NCBI GenBank assembly: GCA_045568075.1
Contig: JBJLBP010000001.1
Location: 720,001-752,000, forward strand
Direction of reading: 5' to 3'
DNA from: Candidatus Thalassarchaeaceae archaeon
Lineage (GTDB): Archaea > Thermoplasmatota > Poseidoniia > Poseidoniales > Thalassarchaeaceae
Length of the DNA: 32,000 nucleotides
The notes under the pieces are model-generated. The model had not been told where the DNA came from, did not search any database, and was given only the letters and a program-made list of their open reading frames with translations. Made by a program: the position numbers and the translations under genes. Shown here piece by piece: positions 7,478-16,015 of the stretch (position 1 is the stretch's first letter; each line of letters starts with the position of its first letter).

Positions 7478-8968
7478 ATGTGCGGTATCATCGGTCTAGT
7501 CGGGCATCCCGACTCGCAGGTCGGCAAAACACTCTACGATGGATTACTTGTTTTGCAGCATCGCGGACAGGACGCGGCGGGCATAGTAACCAGTGACGAT
7601 AAGAACATTTCACACCGCCGTGCTAACGGACTCGTTCGGGATGTTTTCCGCCTTCGCCACCTGCAAGCCCTAGAAGGCTCGATGGGGCTCGGTCACACTC
7701 GATATCCGACTGCTGGTTCATCCTCAGCGGCAGAAGCCCAACCATTCTACACTAACTCTCCATTCGGAGTTAGTCTAGCTCACAATGGCAATCTGACAAA
7801 CCCCGAACACATAATCGATACTCTCCTCGAGCGCGACCACCGTCGCATCAATACAAGCTCGGACTCAGAAGCCTTGCTCAATCTATTCGCGGCCGAGATT
7901 CAACGCGCTATCAACGGTCGCCGAGGAGGCCTCGACGCGCTTGGCGAGGAAGACGTCTTTCGCGCCATCAGCGCAATCAATTCGACCGTCGAGGGCTCCT
8001 ACTCAGTCGTAGCAATGATCACTGGGTGGGGAATGGTCGCATTCCGAGACCCATACGGCATTCGACCACTCAGTATTGGAAGTTGTGAGGTCGACGGATT
8101 CACTGAGACTCTAGTTGCATCCGAATCCGTTGCGATGAAATCGCTTGGATTCGAAACCGACCGCGATGTTGCACCCGGAGAAGCAATCATAGTCAGAATG
8201 GATGGAACGCGCACTTCGCGTATCTGCGCCGAACAACCTACGCACACGCCTTGCATCTTCGAGTTCGTTTACTTCGCCCGCCCCGACTCGCGCCTAGACG
8301 GCGTTTCGGTTCACGGCGCGCGCTTGGCGATGGGTGCAAAACTCGCTGAAAGAATCGCTCTCGAGCACCCCGATCATGAGATTGATTGCGTCATCCCTGT
8401 ACCTGATAGTGGAAGAATAGCGGCTTTGGAATTGGCCAGTGAGCTCGGTGTATCTTATCGAGAGGGTTTTGTCAAGAACCGCTACATTGGTCGTACCTTC
8501 ATCATGCCAGGACAAGCGCTGAGGAAGGACTCAGTTCGTAGGAAACTCAACACAATTTACCACGAATTTGAGGGCCGAAATGTCCTCATTGTCGATGATA
8601 GCATAATTCGCGGAAACACCTCTCGTCGTATCGTCGAAATGGCTCGTGACGCCGGCGCTAAAAAGGTCTACTTCGCCTCTGCCGCACCTCCTGTGGTGCA
8701 CCCCAATGTGTACGGTATCGACATGCCTGCAAAGCACGAATATGTGGCACACAATCGCACTACTGAGGGTGTGTGTGAGGCGATTGGTGCTGATTGGTTG
8801 ATCTATCAGAAACTGGATGATTTGGTCGAGGCGTGTCTAGGTGCAGGCGATAAACGCCTCGCGAATTTCGATTGCTCTTGCTTCGATGGCCGATATGTCT
8901 CTGGGCAAATTGACAAGGCCTATCTGGACTCTATTGAGGCCAAACGGAAGGATTCGGCTAAGGCTTGA
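7478..8968 (+). CDS. purF: Amidophosphoribosyltransferase (glutamine-PRPP amidotransferase)
   Basis: N-terminal nucleophile 'MCGIIGLVGH', 'LQHRGQDAAGI', 'GHTRYPTAG', 'AHNGNLTN', and the PRTase motif 'VLIVDDSIIRGNTS'. Confidence 0.95.
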   Translation: MCGIIGLVGHPDSQVGKTLYDGLLVLQHRGQDAAGIVTSDDKNISHRRANGLVRDVFRLRHLQALEGSMGLGHTRYPTAGSSSAAEAQPFYTNSPFGVSLAHNGNLTNPEHIIDTLLERDHRRINTSSDSEALLNLFAAEIQRAINGRRGGLDALGEEDVFRAISAINSTVEGSYSVVAMITGWGMVAFRDPYGIRPLSIGSCEVDGFTETLVASESVAMKSLGFETDRDVAPGEAIIVRMDGTRTSRICAEQPTHTPCIFEFVYFARPDSRLDGVSVHGARLAMGAKLAERIALEHPDHEIDCVIPVPDSGRIAALELASELGVSYREGFVKNRYIGRTFIMPGQALRKDSVRRKLNTIYHEFEGRNVLIVDDSIIRGNTSRRIVEMARDAGAKKVYFASAAPPVVHPNVYGIDMPAKHEYVAHNRTTEGVCEAIGADWLIYQKLDDLVEACLGAGDKRLANFDCSCFDGRYVSGQIDKAYLDSIEAKRKDSAKA

Positions 8969-9046
8969 GTTATTCACTCAAAATTTCTAGTCACACCAGG
9001 CTCATTCACACGACAGGGTGAAAACTGCACGAGTTGGGTTGGGTGC

Positions 9047-10555
9047 ATGATGGACGAGCGCTTGCCGACTATCGAGAGCACGTCTCTGATTCCGATGGAC
9101 GAAGCTGTGACCGCTTGTTGCGCTCTTGGGGCCGGTCGATTTGCTGTTGGAACGGCCTCGGGTGTTCTACGGATTTACGAGGCCGACGCGCTGCTTGACA
9201 GCGCGATTCTTGAGTCATCTATCGTTGGCTTGACTGGATCTGGTGAGGGAGTTATCGCAGCATCAGAACTCACCGGTGTTACCGCCTTTCATGGCGAGCC
9301 TCTGTGGTCGGTGGAGATTGCTGCTGGTTGCGAAATCCTCGCGGCGAGTGGAGGAAGCGTGATTGTTGTCGATGCCGCAGGAGGAGTTACCCGCATCGAC
9401 TCTGAAGGCGAGGTATCCGGTCGTAAATCGTATGGAGAGGTACAAAGATTGGCTGGATCAGCCGATGGAGCAACAACTGCAGTAGGTCTTACGAATGGCA
9501 CTTTGATTCTCTCCGATGCTTTGGCAGAGGTTGTTCAAGAATCACCAGCCGATGCTGACGATATCGAGACAATATCTCACCTTGTCTTCCGTCCAGATGG
9601 GGTTCTGCTCGCCTGTCGAGATTCGATGGGTATGACTCTTGACAACCGTCCAGAGAACCGTATGGAATGCTGGGATCACGAGCGCGGGATGATTCACATG
9701 AGTGAGTTGCCCGCGCGTGCTACTAGTTTACTCGCCACTGAATCTGGTGCTATCGTCGGTTGCCAGAACGGAGCGGTGATTCACGGAATTGTTGGCGCTG
9801 AGTTAGAGGAAATCACCCGATTTGATAATCCAATATCGACAATCATCGAGTGGGGTGATGACCTAATCATTGGAACCTGGTTCCACACCAAACGCATAGC
9901 CTTCGATGGCTCCACCGTTTGGTCCTACGAACACGAAGGACTAGTGACTGCGATTCTCGATTTAGGTGCGGGTCTAATCGCAGTCATCGGCGAGGCTCCT
10001 GCTGGTCAGAATCCAGCATCGATAGTTCTGCTAGACCCTGATGCCGAGCCTCGAATTCCCGAAGATGCTTCATTCGAATACGAATTCACTCCACAGGGTT
10101 CGACAGAATTCGCCGGCGGTCTCAGCGAGGATGAGATTGCAATGGCTGACGCACCGCCGGAATCCGCTAACGATGCTGGAGGTCTGATAGACACGCTAGC
10201 CGAAGAAATGGAAATTCCGACCAGCGATCCAATCGTCTCAGAATCAGACCTGCTCGCCGACCTCTCAGCCTCCGCCCGCGCCATCAATTTACCACCAATC
10301 GCAGACGCGGGCGAAGACAGAACCACTCCGGCCGAATCAGACGGCACAGCAACAATCCTTCTCGATGGTTCTCGCTCCTACGACCCCGATGGCCACATCG
10401 TGAATTACGCGTGGCAAGATGCCAATGGCAAGGTTATCGGAAACCAAGCCCAAGTCCGTGTTCGCCTTCGTGCGGGCACTCACCCGTTCGAATTGACTGT
10501 GACAGACGACAAAGGAGCAGCGACCACAGCGATGGTCACCGTAAGGATCCAGTAG
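9047..10555 (+). CDS. Beta-propeller-like repeat protein with an acidic linker and a C-terminal PKD domain. No obvious signal peptide.
   Basis: 502 aa. The N-terminal ~330 aa carry repetitive G/A-rich beta-strand motifs of PQQ/WD-like appearance. An acidic linker follows at aa ~340-410. The C-terminus 'PIADAGEDRT...ILLDGSRSYDPDGHIVNYAWQD...HPFELTVTDDKGAATTAMVTVRIQ' is a typical PKD domain. Confidence 0.7.
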   Translation: MMDERLPTIESTSLIPMDEAVTACCALGAGRFAVGTASGVLRIYEADALLDSAILESSIVGLTGSGEGVIAASELTGVTAFHGEPLWSVEIAAGCEILAASGGSVIVVDAAGGVTRIDSEGEVSGRKSYGEVQRLAGSADGATTAVGLTNGTLILSDALAEVVQESPADADDIETISHLVFRPDGVLLACRDSMGMTLDNRPENRMECWDHERGMIHMSELPARATSLLATESGAIVGCQNGAVIHGIVGAELEEITRFDNPISTIIEWGDDLIIGTWFHTKRIAFDGSTVWSYEHEGLVTAILDLGAGLIAVIGEAPAGQNPASIVLLDPDAEPRIPEDASFEYEFTPQGSTEFAGGLSEDEIAMADAPPESANDAGGLIDTLAEEMEIPTSDPIVSESDLLADLSASARAINLPPIADAGEDRTTPAESDGTATILLDGSRSYDPDGHIVNYAWQDANGKVIGNQAQVRVRLRAGTHPFELTVTDDKGAATTAMVTVRIQ

Positions 10556-10566
10556 CGGTTGACCAC

Positions 10567-11481
10567 TCAAAGAGCAGCAAGAGCGGCCTTGAGGGCAGGA
10601 ACTGCCTCTTCCCAAGTTGCAACTATGCCATAGTCAGCCACGCCGAAGATAGGTGCGTCAGGATCTTTGTTAATCGCGACGATATACTTCGACGAGCGCA
10701 TTCCAGCGAGGTGTTGAATCGCGCCAGAAATACCCACAGCGATGTAGAGAGAAGGAGTCACCGTCTTTCCGGTCTGTCCAACTTGCATTGAGTGAGGCAT
10801 ACCCCATTCATCGACGACTGCTCGACTAGCACCGACAGCGGCACCAATCATATCAGCAACCTCTTCGAGTTGAGAGAAGTTCTCTTTCTGACCAATTCCA
10901 CGGCCACCTGAGATAATTATGTCAGCCTCGCTCACATCGAGCCTTTCACTAGCCTTTGCGATGGCTTCTTTGACAGCGATTCCAACATCAGCGCTCTGGT
11001 CAACCACGTTGACAGCCGCGCTGCCACCAGCGCCAGCCGCCTCGAAGGCGTTGGCGCGAAGTGTAATCACGCACTCACCAGTAACGGTCGAAGTCTCGAC
11101 CGCCTTACCAGAGTAAATCGGTCGAGTGATAGTAATGCCAGCGGCCAAGCCGGTGGCATCCTGAACAATAGGCACGCCGCGCTTAGCAGCAACTCGCGAA
11201 GCAACCTCGCGTCCAATTGGTGTCGCGCCAGCAAGCACGACGCCTGAGCACTGCGATGCAATCGCGGTGGCCCAAGCGCCACCGTCGAAGGTCGCGAAGC
11301 AATCGCCTACAACCGAGACGACCTTCGATACGCCAGCGATGCTGGCTGCCTCATCCGCTCCAACCCCGCCGGGGACGACGACGGTAGGAGAGGAACCGAG
11401 AGCACTTACGGCACCAACGAGTTGAGCTGTGATTGGGTGGAGAGAATCTCCGGATGACTCTGCTATGACTGTATATTCCAT
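10567..11481 (-). CDS. etfA: Electron transfer flavoprotein, alpha subunit
   Basis: C-terminal FAD-binding region 'IIISGGRGIG..ENF..LEEVADMIGAAVGASRAVVD.W....QVGQTGKTVTPSLYIAVGISGAIQHLAGM', and 'INKDPDAPIF..ADYGIV'. Confidence 0.9.
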   Translation of the reverse strand: MEYTVIAESSGDSLHPITAQLVGAVSALGSSPTVVVPGGVGADEAASIAGVSKVVSVVGDCFATFDGGAWATAIASQCSGVVLAGATPIGREVASRVAAKRGVPIVQDATGLAAGITITRPIYSGKAVETSTVTGECVITLRANAFEAAGAGGSAAVNVVDQSADVGIAVKEAIAKASERLDVSEADIIISGGRGIGQKENFSQLEEVADMIGAAVGASRAVVDEWGMPHSMQVGQTGKTVTPSLYIAVGISGAIQHLAGMRSSKYIVAINKDPDAPIFGVADYGIVATWEEAVPALKAALAAL

Positions 11482-11493
11482 TCCATCGCCTCC

Positions 11494-12255
11494 TCAAATC
11501 ACGTTTGCCTCATCGCGCAACTTTCCGACAACCGCCGACACCGAATCGGCGCCTTCGAACTTCTGGCCCGGAGGCTTTTCTGCGGGTGGGGAATGTGCAT
11601 CAATTGTAACTCCGGCCGCGCCGAGGTCGACGCCGAGATCAGCGGCCGACCAAGTCTCAATCGGCTTTTTCTTGGCCATCATTATGCCACGAACATTCGG
11701 CCGGCGCATCTCAGTGATGCCCTTGTCGAAAGCAAAGACGCATGGGGCTGAGACGCCGACCTTCTCTTGGCCAGCGGCGCTCGGGCGAGTGGCTGAGTAG
11801 CCAGCTCCGTCGGCTGCAACCTCGGAGACGAGGGTGACGCATGATGCTCCAATGAGTTCAGCAACGCCGGGTCCTGTGGAACCGGCGTTGGTGTCAGCAG
11901 CCTGCTTGCCGCAGAAGACGACTGAAGAGCCAATCTTCTCGACGGCTGCGGCCAGTAACTTCTGGACCTGAGTTGAGTCAAGATCGTTGATGTTCTCAGC
12001 CGAGATGTGAACCAATGTATCGGCTCCTACGGCCGCTGCATCACGAAGCAACTTCTCGCAGCGAGCTGGTCCGGCGGTAATCGCGACAATATCGCCACCG
12101 CCGCTCTCCTTCAATTGAAGAGCAGACTCGAGAGCGTACTCATCGTAAGGGCTCATCGACCATTTCGATACTGCGCTCTCGTCGACACGACCAGCAGACA
12201 CTGAGATCTTCGCGGTCGTGTCTGGAACCTGTTTGAGTAGTACTGCGATGCTCAT
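11494..12255 (-). CDS. etfB: Electron transfer flavoprotein, beta subunit
   Basis: 'MSIAVLLKQVPDT...', 'MSPYDEYALESALQLKE' and 'VFCGKQAADTNAGSTGPGVAELIG' are typical EtfB. The true start is the internal ATG at 12255. The 55-aa N-terminal extension in the ORF track overlaps the upstream gene and is not Etf-like. Confidence 0.9.
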   Translation of the reverse strand: MSIAVLLKQVPDTTAKISVSAGRVDESAVSKWSMSPYDEYALESALQLKESGGGDIVAITAGPARCEKLLRDAAAVGADTLVHISAENINDLDSTQVQKLLAAAVEKIGSSVVFCGKQAADTNAGSTGPGVAELIGASCVTLVSEVAADGAGYSATRPSAAGQEKVGVSAPCVFAFDKGITEMRRPNVRGIMMAKKKPIETWSAADLGVDLGAAGVTIDAHSPPAEKPPGQKFEGADSVSAVVGKLRDEANVI

Positions 12256-12289
12256 AGATAGCCCTCTAGACGACCCGCCCACCTGTGAC

Positions 12290-13267
12290 TCATCTATGAA
12301 GATTCGGAGTGGCCACCGTAGGTGATTTGGTATTGAATCTAGAATAATTGAAGAATAGTGCAGCGGAACAAATTGCGAAAATTGAGAATATAGTGTTTGG
12401 AAAAGCCAGTGAACGGGCAATTAACGAGTCGTTTGGCTCGATCAGTTTGATGCTCGTTTCAGCGATTTGGTAGTTTGCAATCCCTTCGTTACTAATCGAA
12501 AATTCGCTCGTTGCCTTAAATTCCAGATTGAACACTTGCTGATGACTTCCGTTACCCAGAACTGTGAAATTATTAGAAGAAATACGAGGAGGCGCAATCA
12601 GTGTTATTCTTACCTTTTCAGGGGCGGATAATGAGTCGATTTCAACACTACTCATCGGCGAAAGCACCGACCAACCAGATTCTTCTAAATCTTCTTTATT
12701 TGATATTTCGAGATTGAACTGGTCCCTACCGTTTCCATCATTATATACCAAAAATTCAAGGTTTATTTCATCCCCAATACCCATCGTAACTAGGGATTCC
12801 GCAGCCTCCACACGTAGCCGAGAGAACTGATTAATGACGACCAATAGTTTGACTTCTTCTGGTTGAGTAATAGCGCTTACTGGAGCACCGCTAGCTTCTG
12901 TTACTTGGGAGGTAATCGACACAACCTGTGATCCAACCGGTTGCCTAAGTTCCCCTCTCACAGCTGCCTGGAATGTAATTTCAGAACCAGCGCCAACAGT
13001 GACCGAGGCCGGACCTGCAATTACGAGCACTCCTCCTTGGTAAGTTATCTCCACTTTGACATTGTAAGGATTTGAGTTCTGGATTGAACAGTAGATTATT
13101 GTGGTTCTAGTCGCGCCTGGGTAGACATCAATCGGTGCTGGCTGATCGCATTGAATTTCAACCTCAGGAATGATGTTTTGTCCTTGCGAAATTGGAACTA
13201 GTTGGAGCAAAATGATGGCAGTCAGGAAGAAAAGTAACTTCCTCGCCATACTCCTGCCAAGGGGCAT
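12290..13267 (-). CDS. Secreted surface protein with an N-terminal signal peptide and a C-terminal TM anchor (Ig-like/CARDB-like beta-rich repeats)
   Basis: Signal-like 'MARKLLFFLTAIILLQLVPISQGQ', then a beta-rich T/S/V/N-rich body. C-terminal hydrophobic 'TIFSIFAICSAALFF' followed by a short polar tail. Markedly AT-rich codons. Confidence 0.65.
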   Translation of the reverse strand: MPLGRSMARKLLFFLTAIILLQLVPISQGQNIIPEVEIQCDQPAPIDVYPGATRTTIIYCSIQNSNPYNVKVEITYQGGVLVIAGPASVTVGAGSEITFQAAVRGELRQPVGSQVVSITSQVTEASGAPVSAITQPEEVKLLVVINQFSRLRVEAAESLVTMGIGDEINLEFLVYNDGNGRDQFNLEISNKEDLEESGWSVLSPMSSVEIDSLSAPEKVRITLIAPPRISSNNFTVLGNGSHQQVFNLEFKATSEFSISNEGIANYQIAETSIKLIEPNDSLIARSLAFPNTIFSIFAICSAALFFNYSRFNTKSPTVATPNLHR

Positions 13268-13343
13268 CCCTCTATGACGTATCCGAAATAATCAGTGCTC
13301 TAGATGACGAATACATCATAGAGGGAATCTCTTAGTGACGAAC

Positions 13344-13550
13344 ATGGATGAGAATGAAGGAAAGGGAATGGACCGACTCTATGGTTTCCTTTTTGTAGCA
13401 ATCTTAGTGACAGTTTTAGTGTCAATTTTACTTTTTGCATACTTGCAAAAGGGGGTTGATGGCTTGGGTGAACTGGCGAGCGGTTTATTTCTCCTATTGA
13501 TTTGGTTTGGGGCGGTAACACTGTATCAAAAACTGTTCAAAAAACAATGA
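13344..13550 (+). CDS. Small hypothetical membrane protein (2 TM segments)
   Basis: Two clear hydrophobic helices ('LYGFLFVAILVTVLVSILLFAYL', 'LASGLFLLLIWFGAVTLY'). The antisense ORF 13300..13521 is not protein-like. The start could instead be the GTG at 13335. Confidence 0.4.
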   Translation: MDENEGKGMDRLYGFLFVAILVTVLVSILLFAYLQKGVDGLGELASGLFLLLIWFGAVTLYQKLFKKQ

Positions 13551-13619
13551 GTCTCTTTGCTGGAGAACGAGGTCACGGAACTCTCTGAGTATTCTTAGTA
13601 GCATCAAGTTCTTGACATA

Positions 13620-14162
13620 ATGTGCACTCGTAATTTCATGGTGGAGCACGGATACGCGGACAAAGGCCATATCATGGCCGTAGAATTCGATAGGAAGATT
13701 ATCGTTTACTGGTGGATAATGGCTAATTTTGGCCTTTTGGTATCATTTATTGGAATCCCGTTGATGCTGATATGGATCCCATTTGGATGGCTTGCTCATA
13801 TGAAACAGTATGAACATATGAGCGGGGGTCTAACCGACCGTTCACTCAACATGCGCATGGGTTGGATTTTCAAGAAACAGCAGAACATCGCTCTGGACAA
13901 ACTTACTGACGTATCAATTTCCGAGGGTCCGGTTCTGAAAGCATTCGGTGTAGTCAAGATGCAGTTTGAGACAGCTGGTGCTGCACCATTCATCCTTACC
14001 GGGGTGAAAAACTCCGATCAGTTCCGTGACCTCGTTCTCCAGCAAAGAGACTCATTGGTTTCCACCCCTCAACAGTCTACATCTGCACCTTCAGATGACT
14101 CCAACAACGTTCTAGTCGAAATCAGGGACCTTCTGAAAAGCATAGACTCCAGACTCGAGTGA
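13620..14162 (+). CDS. Membrane protein with a bacterial PH domain (bPH_2, YdbS/YdbT-like)
   Basis: TM hairpin 'IIVYWWIMANFGLLVSFIGIPLMLIWIPFGWL' followed by 'LTDRSLNMRMGWIFKKQQNIALDKLTDVSISEGPVLKAFGVVKMQFETAGAA', the usual bPH_2 pattern. The start is uncertain (ATGs at 13620, 13638, 13674). Confidence 0.65.
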   Translation: MCTRNFMVEHGYADKGHIMAVEFDRKIIVYWWIMANFGLLVSFIGIPLMLIWIPFGWLAHMKQYEHMSGGLTDRSLNMRMGWIFKKQQNIALDKLTDVSISEGPVLKAFGVVKMQFETAGAAPFILTGVKNSDQFRDLVLQQRDSLVSTPQQSTSAPSDDSNNVLVEIRDLLKSIDSRLE

Positions 14163-14239
14163 TCGGTAGCGTTTCGATGCAAGCATAACACAGGTACACA
14201 CTACTTTACGCAGGCATCATTCAGGCCGGTGAGAAGGCA

Positions 14240-14698
14240 ATGTGGTGGATGCGAGAGAGGATCGAAGATGTGGGTTGGACTTTCAGAGTCATGCTCAATG
14301 AATTTCTAAAATTCAACATTGTTGGAATTTTCAATTCTGCCTTCGCTTTGGTTCTTTATGAGGCCCTTTATTGGGTCGATCTTTGGCCCGCCCACACAGC
14401 AGTAGCCGCTTGGGCGGTTTCAAGCGCAATAGGCAATGTAGAAGCCCACTTTATGCATTACAGATTCACATTCAATTCTACATTTTCCTATTTTAGAAGT
14501 ATGAATCGTGCCTTTTGGACATATTCGGGCCAACTGGTGGTCACAACATCATTTCATTATTTGATGGTTGAAGTTTTTCTCTTACACCATACATTTGCAT
14601 GGTTTGTTAATACCTGTGTTTTTGGGTATGTCAATTTTCTATTGATTAGATGGATTGCTTTCCCACCTGAGTATGATGACAAAACACCTTCACAATAG
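14240..14698 (+). CDS. GtrA-family membrane protein
   Basis: 'FLKFNIVGIFNSAFALVLYEALYW' is the characteristic GtrA N-terminal motif. Four predicted TM segments and a size (~150 aa) typical of the family. Confidence 0.65.
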   Translation: MWWMRERIEDVGWTFRVMLNEFLKFNIVGIFNSAFALVLYEALYWVDLWPAHTAVAAWAVSSAIGNVEAHFMHYRFTFNSTFSYFRSMNRAFWTYSGQLVVTTSFHYLMVEVFLLHHTFAWFVNTCVFGYVNFLLIRWIAFPPEYDDKTPSQ

Positions 14699-14709
14699 GC
14701 ACGGAATAT

Positions 14710-15882
14710 TCAGAGTTCACGAGTGAAGGCTTGGATGCCCGTGATATGCCGCCCGAGAATCAGGTTGTGAATATCGTGTGTGCCTTCGTAGGTCTTGACC
14801 GATTCGAGGTTGGCCATGTGTCGCATGATGCAATACTCATCGAGAATTCCATTCGCGCCGTGTATATCTCGAGCCTCGCGAGCAATTTCTAGTGCGATGT
14901 CGACATTGTTCATCTTAGCCAGAGAGATATGTTCAGGAATCCAAGTCCCAGCATCCTTCTTCTGCCCCAAATGGAAGGCGAGTAATTGCGCCTTGGTGAT
15001 TTCGCGTAGCATCCAAGCGAGTTTGTTCTGAACCAATTGGTAACTAGCGATTGGATGGGTGAATTGGATTCGACTCAAGGAATATTCTCTGGCTGAATCG
15101 AAGCAGGCCTGAGCCGCGCCGACCGCACCCCAAGAGATTCCAAAGCGGGCGTTATTGAGGCACGAAAACGGTCCACGAAGCCCTTTGACTCCAGGCAGTA
15201 GTCGATCCTTTGGAATCTTGCAATCTTGGAATACGAGCTCGCTCGTCACACTCGCCTTCAACGAGTGCTTTCCCTTCATCTCAGGTGCGCTGAATCCCTC
15301 GTCGTCCTTCTCGACGATGAATCCACGAATCACGCCGTCGAGTTTTGCCCAGACGACCGCAATTTGTGCAATTGTCCCGTTGGTAATCCACATTTTTGCG
15401 CCGTTCAAGAGGTAGTGATCTCCCATGTCCTCGGCCTTGGTGATCATATCGCCGGGGTTTGAGCCGTAATCAGGTTCGGTTAGTCCGAAGCAACCGATCC
15501 ACTCGCCACTGGCCATTTTCGGAAGGTAGTGCTGCTTCTGCTCCTCGCTTCCGAAGTCCCAAATTGGATACATTGCCAAACTCCCCTGCACACTTGCAAA
15601 GGACCTCAGACCACTGTCGCCACGTTCCAACTCACGGCAGATTACTCCGTAGGCTGTGTACGATAGTCCAGGACAGCCATAGCCTTCGAGTGGCGCTCCG
15701 AGAACTCCCATCTCGCCCAGCGTAACTCGCCATTCATCAGGGAATACACCGTCGCGGCAGGCTTCCTCGATCTTTGGAAGAACTTCCTCGTCGACAAAGT
15801 CGCGAACCATGTCGCGAACCATGCGCTCTTCTTCGGTCAGTAGCGAATCCACATCGTAGAAGTCAAGGGCTTCGTATGGCAT
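14710..15882 (-). CDS. gcdH: Glutaryl-CoA dehydrogenase
   Basis: Collinear with GCDH as I recall it: 'LTEEERMVRD', 'GCFGLTEPDYGSNPGDM', 'LNGAKMWITNG', 'GPFSCLNNARFGISWGAVGAA', 'NLESVKTYEGTHDIHNLILGRHITGIQAF'. Confidence 0.88.
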   Translation of the reverse strand: MPYEALDFYDVDSLLTEEERMVRDMVRDFVDEEVLPKIEEACRDGVFPDEWRVTLGEMGVLGAPLEGYGCPGLSYTAYGVICRELERGDSGLRSFASVQGSLAMYPIWDFGSEEQKQHYLPKMASGEWIGCFGLTEPDYGSNPGDMITKAEDMGDHYLLNGAKMWITNGTIAQIAVVWAKLDGVIRGFIVEKDDEGFSAPEMKGKHSLKASVTSELVFQDCKIPKDRLLPGVKGLRGPFSCLNNARFGISWGAVGAAQACFDSAREYSLSRIQFTHPIASYQLVQNKLAWMLREITKAQLLAFHLGQKKDAGTWIPEHISLAKMNNVDIALEIAREARDIHGANGILDEYCIMRHMANLESVKTYEGTHDIHNLILGRHITGIQAFTREL

Positions 15883-16015
15883 GGTTTTCAGGCTCGTCGC
15901 GCAGCCAATCCCACATGAGGTTGCCGATATCTCGGTATCTGGTGGTTAGAGACTCTTAGCGCGCCGTAGGCGCGGTTTAACATCGCGATTACGATGAAAC
16001 ACCTTGTTGAATGGA

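Larger units (their letters stand above)
12290..14700. other. Low-GC envelope/membrane gene islet between etfB and the glutaryl-CoA dehydrogenase gene
   Basis: I hand-counted single 60-nt lines. They gave 33-40% GC at 12301, 12661, 13381 and 14461, against 60% at 11041 in etfA. All four ORFs inside encode secreted or membrane proteins. Confidence 0.5.

Noticed and set aside
7150-7527. ORFs 7150-7527 (minus) and 7155-7445 (plus) overlapping rpl37e
   Set aside because: The L37e frame has an unmistakable zinc-ribbon signature and a Shine-Dalgarno site. The alternatives have no recognisable features.
8965-8977. Shared 9-mer TGAGTTATT at the stop of purF (8966-8974) and of the yqaA-like gene (31605-31613) as a possible terminator motif
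   Set aside because: Two occurrences of a 9-mer that includes a stop codon plus a short T-run are compatible with chance and with generic oligo-T archaeal termination. That is not enough to define a specific element.
12256-12420. 55-aa N-terminal extension of the etfB ORF
   Set aside because: EtfB homology begins at 'MSIAVLLKQVPD' (ATG 12255). The extension overlaps the 3' end of the surface-protein gene and has no Etf similarity.
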